NCBI GenBank assembly: GCA_016200675.1
Contig: JACQEH010000058.1
Coordinates: forward strand, 1 to 44,429
Source of the DNA: Chloroflexota bacterium
GTDB lineage: Bacteria > Chloroflexota > Limnocylindria > Limnocylindrales > CSP1-4
Reading direction: 5' to 3'
DNA length: 44,429 nt
Below, piece after piece: positions 28,251-37,805 of the stretch (position 1 is the first letter of the stretch; every line of letters begins with the position of its first letter). The notes beneath the pieces were generated by a model, which was not told the DNA's origin, searched no databases, and saw nothing but the letters and a program-made list of their open reading frames with translations. The position numbers and the translations under genes were made by a program.

Positions 28251-29024
28251 TCAGGGGAGCAGCGGGATGAACGTCGCCTCGACCCAGTCGAGCGCCGCGG
28301 CCGGATCGTAGGCGACGCCGGAACGGAGCAGCGGCCGCACTTCCTCGAGGAACGACGGCACGCGCTTCGCCGCCAGGTTCGTTCGCAGCTCGCTCGCCCG
28401 GATCATCGGGCGGCCCGCCGTCGCCTGATACTCGCTGAGGATCGCGACGATCCGGGCCGGGTCCGGCGCCGCCTGCTGGTGCGCCCACCACAGGTCGAAG
28501 AGGTCGCGACCCTTCCGGCGCTGGTACAACGCGCGCAGCTTGGTGGCGAGCAGCTCGTCGAGCTCGTACGTCGGTATGACCGCACTGTTGCCGACCGGCG
28601 GGTCCGGGACGGCGAACAGGCGGGAAACGACGTGACCAAAGTGCTCGTGGCTGTTGATCTCGAGCTTGACTCGCCTCCGGGCGCCCGTCTCGGTCTCGAA
28701 GGTGAACGTGAGCTTCGGGTGCTCGCCGGTGTCGGACCGAGCGGGGCCGATCCAGCCGAGCAGGCGGCGGAGCCGGCTGAGGGTCGGGCCGATGGGACTC
28801 GGCTCGCGCTGGACGAGGTCGATGTCCTCGGAGTACCGGACCGCGGGCGCCAGGTGCAACTTGTGCAGTGCGGTGCCGCCCCGGAACGCAAGGGCAGCCT
28901 TGAGGCTCTCGTCCCGGAAGATGTCGAACAGGGCGATCGTGATGGCGAGGTCCTGCTCCACGTCGTCGTCATCCGCCCAGGGCGCGACCGCGCGCCAGTG
29001 GATGATGTCGACCTGCGGGAACAC
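28251..29024 (-). CDS. abiEii: AbiEii-family nucleotidyltransferase toxin (type IV TA / abortive infection)
   Basis: VEQDL, AFRGGTALHKL, RYSEDIDL, KLEIN, TKLRALYQRRKGRDLFDL. Confidence 0.93.
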   Translation of the reverse strand: MFPQVDIIHWRAVAPWADDDDVEQDLAITIALFDIFRDESLKAALAFRGGTALHKLHLAPAVRYSEDIDLVQREPSPIGPTLSRLRRLLGWIGPARSDTGEHPKLTFTFETETGARRRVKLEINSHEHFGHVVSRLFAVPDPPVGNSAVIPTYELDELLATKLRALYQRRKGRDLFDLWWAHQQAAPDPARIVAILSEYQATAGRPMIRASELRTNLAAKRVPSFLEEVRPLLRSGVAYDPAAALDWVEATFIPLLP

Positions 29025-29026
29025 GG

Positions 29027-29821
29027 TCAGTCCGCCTGCGGCTCGATGGTGACGAGGACCCGCCAGCGCGGGTCGCGCGCGGCCTCGCCGCCGGCCGAGG
29101 GCTCGTCTGGAACAAGCGGCACCCAGCCGACCCGCCGCGTCGCGAGCTCGGCCTCGAGCGCCGCGAGGACCGGATCGGCGCCCGCGAGCTCGAGGAGGTG
29201 CCCCAGGCGCTGGAGCTCGGGGGTCGCGGGCGCGACGGCGAGTGCGGCTCGCATACGCGCCCGGCGCAGCGAGGGCGCGAGATCGCTGAGCACCGTTGCC
29301 ACGTTGCCCCAGCCGGCCGCCCTGCCCGGATAGCGGACGAGGTCGAGCGCGACGAGCTCAGGGGTCGCCACGCGCACCCGGCCTGACGGCGTCGTCCGCA
29401 GCTCGACCGGTGCCAGGGCGGCCGTCCGCCGCACCACGAACTCGATCGCCAGTCGCCCGACGCGCACGGGCCGCCGCGGGCGGGCGGTCACCACCTGGAT
29501 GACCTGCGCCGCCTGCCCCGAGGCGCCGTGGATCGACGCCGCGGTGAGGAGGCCCACGTAGTACGGCATCCTGAGGTGCGTCATCAGCGGATCGAGGAAG
29601 AGCCGCCAGGACGGTGTCCCAGTCCTGCGGTCCTCGAGCGGCAGCACGACGTGGAACCCGCGCACCGGCGACGCGACCAGGCGGCCTGCCTCGGCGCGAT
29701 CAAGGGCTGCCGCGACGGCTGCCTCCGACGCCCCCTTGGCTGCGTCGCACGCCTCGGCCGTGGTGAAGGTGAACCGTCCCTGCGACGGCAGCGCGAGGGC
29801 CCAGTCCCGCAGCGAACTCAT
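29027..29821 (-). CDS. abiEi: AbiEi-family antitoxin / transcriptional regulator
   Basis: GRFTFT, SPVRGF, YYVGLLTAA..HGA..QA.Q..QVVT, VATPELVALDL; lies 2 nt upstream of abiEii. Confidence 0.9.
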   Translation of the reverse strand: MSSLRDWALALPSQGRFTFTTAEACDAAKGASEAAVAAALDRAEAGRLVASPVRGFHVVLPLEDRRTGTPSWRLFLDPLMTHLRMPYYVGLLTAASIHGASGQAAQVIQVVTARPRRPVRVGRLAIEFVVRRTAALAPVELRTTPSGRVRVATPELVALDLVRYPGRAAGWGNVATVLSDLAPSLRRARMRAALAVAPATPELQRLGHLLELAGADPVLAALEAELATRRVGWVPLVPDEPSAGGEAARDPRWRVLVTIEPQAD

Positions 29822-29822
29822 G

Positions 29823-29855
29823 TGCGCAACTCTACGCCACCTGTCGAGTTACGCA
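29823..29855. promoter_or_regulatory. Inverted repeat over the abiE promoter (candidate AbiEi operator)
   Basis: TGCGCAACTCTAC-N7-GTCGAGTTACGCA (11/13 match); overlaps minus-strand TAGAGT -10 box and TTGCGT -35 box. Confidence 0.6.
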
Positions 29856-30023
29856 AACGGATCTGTGATGTGGCCGAGCCTGCCTCGGACGGTCCCGGCG
29901 AGGAGGGAACGTAACCCAACGCTGGGTAGGCTCTTGATACGGGACGTTGAGGTACGTCGGTGCGACATGGGGTCCGCCGCGCGACCGCAGAAACTGCCCG
30001 ATCCCGAGTCGAAATAGAACAAA

Positions 30024-30100
<77 letters not shown>

Positions 30101-30191
30101 ACCGAGGGAGCCCGTTTGACAGGGCCCGCGGATGATACCGCGAATGGGCCGATCGCCCTCCACGGCACGGTGGCTCCGCCGTGGGCGGCGA

Positions 30192-30515
30192 TCAGGCGCC
30201 GGGCGACACGGTCCGCAGACCCACCAGGCGGGCTGCTGCCGCCTGGCGTTCGTCGTAGGTGACGAAGCCATCGAGCGGCGACACGTCAGCCGCCGACGCG
30301 ATGTGAATCGCGTCGAGGGCGCGAAGGGCTGGCTCGGTGAGTGCCCCCGCAGCGATGAGGAGCGCCCGGTCGACGGGCACCAGACCGATCGCCTCGACGA
30401 CTTCGACCGCCCGGGCATGAACGTAGCACATCAGTCTCAGGGCACGCACCAGATTGCGGTCCGTCGCTTGCCCATCGATCACCTCGCTCATCGGGACGCG
30501 GCCGACGTTGGGCAT
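30192..30515 (-). pseudogene. vapC: VapC (PIN) toxin C-terminal remnant, possibly with an antitoxin tail fragment
   Basis: LRALDAIHIASA...FVTYDERQAAAAR..GL..VSPG; the N-terminal YxDTS catalytic motif is missing. Confidence 0.7.
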
Positions 30516-30533
30516 CGGCAGTGTGCGAAACGC

Positions 30534-31775
30534 TCAGACGGCCTCGACCGGCTCCGGCGACGGGCCGAGGTGGGCAACGTCGCGGACCGGGGCCATGACG
30601 ATCGCCGCCGCGATGAACGAGGCGGTCATCGCCCAGAAGACGATCGGCAGGCCGGCCCCGTTGCCGGCCCGGTCGATGATCACGCCGTACAGCGCCGTCC
30701 ACAGGGAGCCGACGCCGAAAGCGAGCGTGAAGTAGATCGCAAAGGTCACGTCCCGGATCCCGGCCGGCGCCGCGTCGGCGAGCAGCGCCTGGAGCTGGGG
30801 GCTCTCGGCGAACGAGAAGAGTCCCATCACCGCCAGTCCGATCCAGAGGCCGAGCAGCGACGAGCCGACCGAGATGAAGATCGCGAACCCGAGCGCGCCG
30901 CCGAGGTACGCTCCGACGATGACCGGCCGCCGTCCCAACCGATCGGACAGCCAGCCCGCGAAGAGCGGCATCGGCACGGACAGGACGATGAGGCCGCCGT
31001 ACATGAGGTCGGTCGTCGAGCTCGGCAAGCCGAGGACTTTCGTGAGGTACAGCAGGGCGAAGAGGTTGGCGACGCCGAGGCCGCGACCGCCGCCGCCGAG
31101 CACCGACGCGAGGTAGACCCGCCGCAGGACGGGGTTGCGCCAGACCTGGCGAAGTGCCTGGCGGACCGATCCCTCGGCGCGTGCCGCCGCCCGGTCCGTG
31201 CCGTGCTCGGTGACCCAGCGAACGATCGCCAGGGCGATGAGCGCCGCGGGCAGGCCGAAGATCACGGACACGCCACGCCAGCCGAAGGTCGCCAGGAGCA
31301 GCGGCCCGAAGAGGGCCACGATGACGGTCCCGACGTTGCCGCCGGAGATGTGGGCGCTGATCGCGAAGCCGCGCCGGTCGGGCGGGAACTGCTCGGCCAG
31401 GAGGCCGTTGCCGACCGGGTGCTGGGGAGCGCCACCGATCCTCGACACGATGTTCGTGGCCGCGAAGACGTTGAACGTCGGCGCGGCGCCCTGGGCCGCG
31501 AACCCGACCCCGAACAGGATCCCGCCGATCCCCATGAGGTAGCGCCGCGGGACGTGCCGGGTGACGTAGGCGAACGTCGCCTGGACCAGGCCTGACGAGA
31601 TCGCTCCGGCCGCGGCGACGAAGGTGATGGTCTCCACGCCGACGTGGAACTCGTCGATCACCGCCAGGAAGATCATCGGCATGATGACGGCCTGGGCGTG
31701 ATTCACCGCATGGGCGATCGACAGGAGCCAGAGCGTCCGGTTCGGACGGATGCGTGGGGCGTGGGTCTCGGACAC
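30534..31775 (-). CDS. MFS transporter (Fsr-like)
   Basis: AHAVNH, HPVG..LL...FP..RRGFA.S.H..GGNVG, GWLSDRLGRR; about 12 TM. Start set at GTG 31775, 7 nt after TATGCT. Confidence 0.9.
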   Translation of the reverse strand: MSETHAPRIRPNRTLWLLSIAHAVNHAQAVIMPMIFLAVIDEFHVGVETITFVAAAGAISSGLVQATFAYVTRHVPRRYLMGIGGILFGVGFAAQGAAPTFNVFAATNIVSRIGGAPQHPVGNGLLAEQFPPDRRGFAISAHISGGNVGTVIVALFGPLLLATFGWRGVSVIFGLPAALIALAIVRWVTEHGTDRAAARAEGSVRQALRQVWRNPVLRRVYLASVLGGGGRGLGVANLFALLYLTKVLGLPSSTTDLMYGGLIVLSVPMPLFAGWLSDRLGRRPVIVGAYLGGALGFAIFISVGSSLLGLWIGLAVMGLFSFAESPQLQALLADAAPAGIRDVTFAIYFTLAFGVGSLWTALYGVIIDRAGNGAGLPIVFWAMTASFIAAAIVMAPVRDVAHLGPSPEPVEAV

Positions 31776-31902
31776 GACGCCGAGCATATCCGCGCGCAGG
31801 ACCGGGGGATGCCCGGCGCCGCGCCCGATGGCAGAGCGTTCGAGGCGGGGAGGCGCACGTGGGTGGGAAGGATCAGCCGTCGGGCGGTATCCTCGGCGGG
31901 AC

Positions 31903-32304
31903 GTGAACCGAACGACCCAGGTCCTCTCCGCGCTGCCCATCTTCACCGGCCTGGAGGAGCGGAGCCTCCAGGCGATCGCCGTCCTTGCCCATGAGCTGTC
32001 GGCCCCTGCCAGGACGGTCCTGATCCGCGAGGGCGATCCGGCGACCTCCTTCTACGTGATCGTCGAGGGGACCGTGCACGTCGAGCACGACGGCCGCCTC
32101 ATCAGATCGCTGTCCGCCGGCGGGTTCGTCGGCGAAATCGGGATGATCGAAGGTGGGACGCGAACCGCGACCGTGACCTGCGCGACTGACTGCGAGCTGC
32201 TCGAGTTCGGGGCCTTCGAGCTCGGCCGCGTCCTGGCGACGTTCCCGACCATCCGGGCGAGGGTCGAGACGGCGCTGGCTCACCGACCGCACCGCGACGG
32301 CTGA
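31903..32304 (+). CDS. Stand-alone cyclic-nucleotide-binding domain protein
   Basis: LIREGDPATSFYVIVEG, FVGEIGMI...RTATV phosphate-binding cassette; no output domain. Confidence 0.88.
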   Translation: MNRTTQVLSALPIFTGLEERSLQAIAVLAHELSAPARTVLIREGDPATSFYVIVEGTVHVEHDGRLIRSLSAGGFVGEIGMIEGGTRTATVTCATDCELLEFGAFELGRVLATFPTIRARVETALAHRPHRDG

Positions 32305-32576
32305 CGCCTCGCGGCAGGCCATGGGGGCGCAGGGCGCGGCGAGGGTGACCCGCGCCGGGCGCAGCGAGGGCGACACGCGGGGGCCTGGACCGCCACACGA
32401 GCGAACAGCCCAACGAACCCGCCGAGGCGGCCCGAATCAGGCCGCTGAAGTCCCAAGGTGGAACGCTGGGCGAGCCAGATCGCCGTTGAGGCCCGTCCAT
32501 CTGGACGCGGGCGTGCCGTTCGCTCGCTGGGCGTTCCATCGATGGCGCGGCCCGCCGAGGCCCGACGGACCGCCCC

Positions 32577-33941
32577 TCAGAACTGGTCCAGGTAGCGCTC
32601 CACTTCCCAGTCGCTGACCTGCGTCCGGTAAGCGTCCCACTCGGCGCGCTTGGCCTCGACGAAGTGGCCGTAGACGTGGTCGCCGAGGGCCTCGTGGACG
32701 ACCTCGTCGCGCTCCAGCTCGTCGAGGGCCTCGCCGAGCGTCCCCGGCAGCTCGCGGATGGACTTGGCCGCGATCGTCGCCCGATCCATCTCGAAGAGCG
32801 ATTCCTCCACGGGAGCGGAGAGCGTCAGGCCCTTCTCCACCCCGTCGAGCCCGGCCGCGATCATCGCGGCGAAGGCGAGGTACGTGTTGGAGGCCGGATC
32901 CGGGCAGCGGACCTCGGCCCGCGTGCCTTCGACGGACTTTCCGGGAGAGATCATCGGCACGCGGATAAGGGCGGACCGGTTCGTCCGGCCCCAGGTGATG
33001 TAGGTCGGCGCCTCGTATCCGGGCACGAGCCGCTTGTAGGAGTTGACGAGCGGCGCCAGGACGGCGCTCATGCCCCGGGCATGGAGGAGGATCCCGGCCA
33101 TGTACGACTTGGCAAGGTCGGACAGGCCGTACGGCGCCTCGGGGTCGGCGAAGGCGTTCCGCTCGTCGGCGATCGACCACAGGCTCTGGTGGGTGTGCAT
33201 GCCCGAGCCGTTGATGCCGTGGATCGGCTTGGGCATGAACGTCGCGTACAGGCCGTGCTGCTGGGCAACCGCCTTCAGCGTGAACTTGAAGGTGATGGCG
33301 TTGTCGGCCGTCCGGAGGGCGTCGGCATACTCGAAATCGATCTCGTGCTGGCCCGCCGCCACCTCGTGGTGGGCCGCCTCGACCCGGATCCCGAACGCCT
33401 CGAGGGCGTCGACCATGTCCTGGCGGACCTCCTGGGCGAGGTCGGTCGAGAAGTCGAAGTAGCCGGCCAGGTCGTGCGGCAGGGGCGTGACCTTGCCGTC
33501 CTCGTCCCGGCGGAAGAGGAAGAACTCGAGCTCCGGACCCATGTTCACGACGTAGCCGAGCTTCCTGGCCCGCTCGACCTGGCGCCGCAGGACGTGGCGT
33601 GGATCGCCGACAAATGGCTCGCCGCGGGGCGTGAAGACGTCGCAGATCACCCGGGCAGTCCCGCGCGGACCGTCGCCCCGCTGCCACGGGATCTCGGAGA
33701 ACGTGGCCATGTCGGGCATGAGGTACTGGTCGCTCTCGGCGATCCGGGTGAAGCCCTCGATCGACGAGCCGTCGAACCACGTGCCGTGGGTGACCGATCC
33801 CTCCAGCTGGTGGATCGGGATGGTCACCGCCTTGACGTGGCCGATGATGTCGGTGAACTGGAGCTGGACGAAGCGAATCCCGGCCGCCTCCGCGGCGCGG
33901 ATCGCGGCGACGGGATCCGGCCCTTCCGCTCTGGGAGCCAC
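32577..33941 (-). CDS. glnA: Glutamine synthetase type I (alpha-like)
   Basis: FDGSSIEGF, HHEVAAGQHEI, FMPKP..GINGSGMHTH, NSYKRLVPGYEAP, NRSALIRVP, EVRCPDP; start at GTG 33941. Confidence 0.93.
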   Translation of the reverse strand: MAPRAEGPDPVAAIRAAEAAGIRFVQLQFTDIIGHVKAVTIPIHQLEGSVTHGTWFDGSSIEGFTRIAESDQYLMPDMATFSEIPWQRGDGPRGTARVICDVFTPRGEPFVGDPRHVLRRQVERARKLGYVVNMGPELEFFLFRRDEDGKVTPLPHDLAGYFDFSTDLAQEVRQDMVDALEAFGIRVEAAHHEVAAGQHEIDFEYADALRTADNAITFKFTLKAVAQQHGLYATFMPKPIHGINGSGMHTHQSLWSIADERNAFADPEAPYGLSDLAKSYMAGILLHARGMSAVLAPLVNSYKRLVPGYEAPTYITWGRTNRSALIRVPMISPGKSVEGTRAEVRCPDPASNTYLAFAAMIAAGLDGVEKGLTLSAPVEESLFEMDRATIAAKSIRELPGTLGEALDELERDEVVHEALGDHVYGHFVEAKRAEWDAYRTQVSDWEVERYLDQF

Positions 33942-33958
33942 GGCTGCGCGTCCCCGGC

Positions 33959-36103
33959 TCAGTACTGGAAGAGCAGTTCGCGATACTTCGGCAGCGGCCA
34001 GAGCTCGTCGGAGACGACCGTCTCCAGCTCGTCGGCAACCTCGCGAAGGGCGGCCTGGGCCGGGATCACGTGGTGGGCGAAGGCCCGCGCCTCGGCGTGG
34101 ACGGAGCCCGCCGCGTGGGCGGCATGCTGGGCATGCTCGAGGGCGTCGATCGCGGCGACGAGCCCGTCGACGAGGCCGCCGACGCGGGCGGCAACCGCCG
34201 CGACCCCCTTCGACCCACCCGCACTCCCCAACTCCCCGAGGTATTGCACCGCCGCCGGCAGGATGAGCGTCCGGGCGATGTCCAGGGCGCAGCTCGCCTC
34301 GATGTTCGAGACCTTGACGTAGTGCTCCCAGGCGATCTCGGCCCGGGCCCCGAGCTCGCGCTCGGAGAGGACCCCGAACGACGAGAAGAGCCGCTTCGCC
34401 TTCGCCGTCTCGAGCGCCGGCAGCGCGTCGACGGTCGTCCGATTGTTCGGCAGGCCTCGCTTGGCCGCCTCGGCGTGCCACTCCTCGGAGTAGCCGTTGC
34501 CCTCGAAGAGGACCTGCTTGTTCTCCCGAACCGTCTTCGACAGGATCTTCGTGAGGCCTTCGAAGTCGCCCGGCTCCAGGCCCTCGAGGGCGTCGGCGAG
34601 CTCCTTGAGGGACTCGGCGACGGCGACGTTGAGGACCGTCTGGGGCCAGTAGATGGGGGCTGACGAGCCGACCGCCCGGAACTCGAACTTGGTGCCGGTG
34701 AAGGCGAATGGGGAGGTCCGGTTGCGGTCCGTGGCGTCCATCGAGAGGGCCGGCAGGGAGGTGACCCCCAGCTCCAGCGAGCCGCTCTTCTTCGACGCCG
34801 ACGCGCCGCCCTTCGCCAGCTGGTCGATGACGTCCTCGAGCTGCGAGCCGAGGAAGATCGAGACGATCGCGGGCGGCGCCTCGTTCGCTCCCAGGCGGTG
34901 GTCGTTGCCGGCGTCGGCAATCGACGCCCGGAGGAGGTCGGCGTGGACGTTGACGCCCTGGATGACCGACACCAGGAAGGCCAGGAACTGGGCGTTCTCA
35001 TGGGGGTCGTTGCCCGGGTCGAGCAGGTTCTCCCCGTCGTCGGTGGCCATCGACCAGTTGTTGTGCTTGCCCGAGCCGTTGATGCCGGCAAAGGGCTTTT
35101 CGTGGACGAGGAAGGCGAGGCCATGCTGGGGGGCGAGGCGCCGCATCGTGGCCAGGACGACCATGTTGTGGTCCGATCCGACCGACGTCGGCTCGTAGAC
35201 GGGCGCCATCTCGAACTGGCCCGGTGCCACCTCGTTATGTCGAGTCCGGGCCGGGATGCCGAGGCGCCACAGCTCCCGGTCCAGATCCATCATGAAGGCC
35301 AGGATCCGGGGCCGGATGGAGCCGAAGTACTGGTCCTCCAGCTCCTGGCCCTTCGGGGACGGGGCGCCGAACAAGGTCCGGCCGGTGAGGACGAGGTCGG
35401 GCCGCTGCTCGGCCAGGCGCCGATCGACGAGGAAGTACTCCTGCTCCGGGCCGATGTTCGTGAAGACCCGCCGCGTGGCGGTGTTGCCGAACCAGCGCAG
35501 GACGCGGAGGGCCTGCTTGCCGACGGCCTCCTGCGACCGGAGGAGCGGGATCTTGTGGTCGAGAGCCTCGCCGGTGAAGGAGACGTAGGCCGTCGGGATG
35601 GTCAGCGTGACGCCGTTCGGCTCGACCTGGAGGAAGATCGGGCTGGTGACGTCCCAGGCGGTGTAGCCGCGGGCCTCGAAGGTGGCCCGAATGCCGCACG
35701 ACGGGAAGGAGCTCGCGTCCGGCTCCCCCTGGAGCAGGTTCCGGCCCGAGAACTCGGCGATGGTCCGGCCGTCGCCGAGGGGCGTCAGGAAGGAGTCGTG
35801 CTTCTCGGCCGTGGAGCCGGTCATGGGCACGAACCAGTGGGTGAAGTGGGTCGCGCCGTGGGCGAGGGCCCACTCCTTGACCCCGTGGGCTACCGCGTCG
35901 GCAATGATCGGATCGAAGGGCTCCAGCCCATCGATCGTCCGGCGCAGGCGGTGGAAGACCGGCTTGGCGAGGTACTGCCGCTGGGCCACCTCGTGGAAGA
36001 CGTACTGGCCGTAGATATCGGCGCCGGCGACCTCCAGGTACTCCTGGGTCGAGGCAACGCGATGGTTGGCGATCGTCTCGATGGCGCTGCGACGAGCTGT
36101 CAT
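33959..36103 (-). CDS. glnN: Glutamine synthetase type III
   Basis: THWFVPMTGSTAEKHDSF, EPDASSFP, RATFEARGYTAWD, HEKPFAGINGSGKHNNWS, HRLGANEAPPAI, DRNRTSPFAFTG, WPLPKYRELLF; GGAG RBS. Confidence 0.95.
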   Translation of the reverse strand: MTARRSAIETIANHRVASTQEYLEVAGADIYGQYVFHEVAQRQYLAKPVFHRLRRTIDGLEPFDPIIADAVAHGVKEWALAHGATHFTHWFVPMTGSTAEKHDSFLTPLGDGRTIAEFSGRNLLQGEPDASSFPSCGIRATFEARGYTAWDVTSPIFLQVEPNGVTLTIPTAYVSFTGEALDHKIPLLRSQEAVGKQALRVLRWFGNTATRRVFTNIGPEQEYFLVDRRLAEQRPDLVLTGRTLFGAPSPKGQELEDQYFGSIRPRILAFMMDLDRELWRLGIPARTRHNEVAPGQFEMAPVYEPTSVGSDHNMVVLATMRRLAPQHGLAFLVHEKPFAGINGSGKHNNWSMATDDGENLLDPGNDPHENAQFLAFLVSVIQGVNVHADLLRASIADAGNDHRLGANEAPPAIVSIFLGSQLEDVIDQLAKGGASASKKSGSLELGVTSLPALSMDATDRNRTSPFAFTGTKFEFRAVGSSAPIYWPQTVLNVAVAESLKELADALEGLEPGDFEGLTKILSKTVRENKQVLFEGNGYSEEWHAEAAKRGLPNNRTTVDALPALETAKAKRLFSSFGVLSERELGARAEIAWEHYVKVSNIEASCALDIARTLILPAAVQYLGELGSAGGSKGVAAVAARVGGLVDGLVAAIDALEHAQHAAHAAGSVHAEARAFAHHVIPAQAALREVADELETVVSDELWPLPKYRELLFQY

Positions 36104-36278
36104 GTCTCTCCTGCCGGCGGCGGTTGGTTGGTGGGTGGGAGCGCGATCATTCGATCCTTCAGGCCTGCGTCTTGTGCCTCGCGCACGAGGTTCGTTCCAC
36201 GACGCGGGGATAAGGATGATCATATCGGACCAGGACCGCGATCGGCCGCGCTGCTGGACCCGCCGGATGGCCCTTTAC

Positions 36279-37440
36279 TTAGGCATCCTGCATAAGTCTC
36301 AAGGCCACGGCGAGGGCGAGCCGGAGATCCGGCTCCGACAGCCGCCAGCCCGTCGCCGTCTCGATGCGGCGGAGTCGATAGGCCACCGTGTTGTGGTGAA
36401 CGCCGAGCGCGGCGGCAGCCTCGTTGACGCTCCCGTGGTCGAGGAGGGCGCGGAGTGTCGCCAGGCGCTCACGGCGGACGTCGGCGCGGCCACCGAGCAG
36501 CGGGGCGAGGAGCGCCCCGGCGGCACGCTCGCCGTCGGGCAGGTTGTGCACGGCGACCAAGAGCCGATAGACCGGCAGGAGCGCCGCCCGGGCCACCGGT
36601 GGCGGCTCCGGCAGTGCCTCCGCGCCCTCGAGGGTGGAGCGGGCCTCGGCTTCCGCGGCGGGCCGCTCCGCGGCGGCGGAGAACGGGCGCGAGATGGCCA
36701 CGGGCCGGTCGAGGAAGGTGGCCAGCCGGTCGGCCACGACGAGTCCCTCGGGGTCCGGGCCCGCAGCCGGCCCGGTCGCGGGGTCGACGGCGAGAACGAC
36801 CCGGATCTCCAGCGAGTCGGCGTCCCCTCGGAGTGCCAGCCGGCGCGCCGGCGCGAGGAGCCGCAGCTCGTGTCGGATCGCGTCGCGGCGCTCGCGGGCA
36901 CCGGCGGCGTCGCCTTCGCCGGCCACCCGCTGGCGGGCCAGGAGGACGACCCATGGCGGTCCGGCCGGCGGCAGCGTCTCGCTCCGGCGCGCCTGGTCCA
37001 TCGCCCGCCGAACCGCCTCGTCCCGCGAGAGCTCGAGGGCGAGCAGACCGGCGATGCGCCCGACGCTCGCTCGTTCCAGCTCCCCGACCGGCCGCTCCCC
37101 GAGCAGGGCCAGGCTCCCGGCACGGCCACCGGGCGCAGGAAGCGGCACGCGGAGCGCCACCGCCTGGCGTGGACGGGCGTGGTAGCGGGCGACCGCCGCG
37201 GCGGCCTCCGGCAGCTCAGGTGGGGCGTGCACGGCAAGCGCGTCGCCCCGACGGCCCTCGAGGGCCACGGCCCGCCCGAGGAAGGTGGCGATTGCGCCCA
37301 CCAGAGCGACGGGGCCGCCGCCCTCGAGCGCCAGGCGCTCAAGACGCGCCTCCAGGAGGGCGGCCTGGCGATCCAGCTCGGCGCCCTGGGTGACGAGGAA
37401 GCCGATGATGCTGCGCTCGAGCCCGATCGGGTCCGCCCGC
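36279..37440 (-). CDS. PucR/CdaR-family regulator, 5' end disrupted or uncertain
   Basis: C-terminal HTH TLRALLDHGSVNEAAAALGVHHNTVAYRLRRIE. The frame stays coding-like up to ADPIGLERSIIGFL (~37440), where the coding signal switches frame. Confidence 0.75.
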
Positions 37441-37805
37441 CCTGGAGGCCGCGGGCGGACACTGGTCGGCGGCGGCTCCGGCGGCCGAACCCGGTCCGGC
37501 GGCCGCGGCCTGGGCGACCACGAGGTCGTCGACGAGCTGACCGAACTCGCTGTCGAAGTCGACGCAGTCCGAGGCCATGCCCTGCTCGAGCAGCCCCGGC
37601 GCGCAGGAGGCGTTGTTGCGGACGAGGAGGAGGCCGGGCGTTCCGCTCGGCTGGACCGTCAGGGTGTCGCTTTCGGCGGGGGATCCCGCCGACCGGTCGG
37701 CGGTCAGCACGGACATGGAAGCCCGCCGGTCAGGGGAGGCTCGATGCGATGGTCCCGCCCACGGCGACCTCGCCCGGGTCGTACGCCCTGTCCATGGGCG
37801 GGATG

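Noticed and set aside
32577..34481. Extended 634-aa GlnA and similar N-terminal extensions (RdgB 543 aa, cyclase 433 aa, response regulator 460 aa)
   Set aside because: The extensions overlap upstream genes in other frames and are Arg/Pro/Gly-rich noise; better starts lie downstream.
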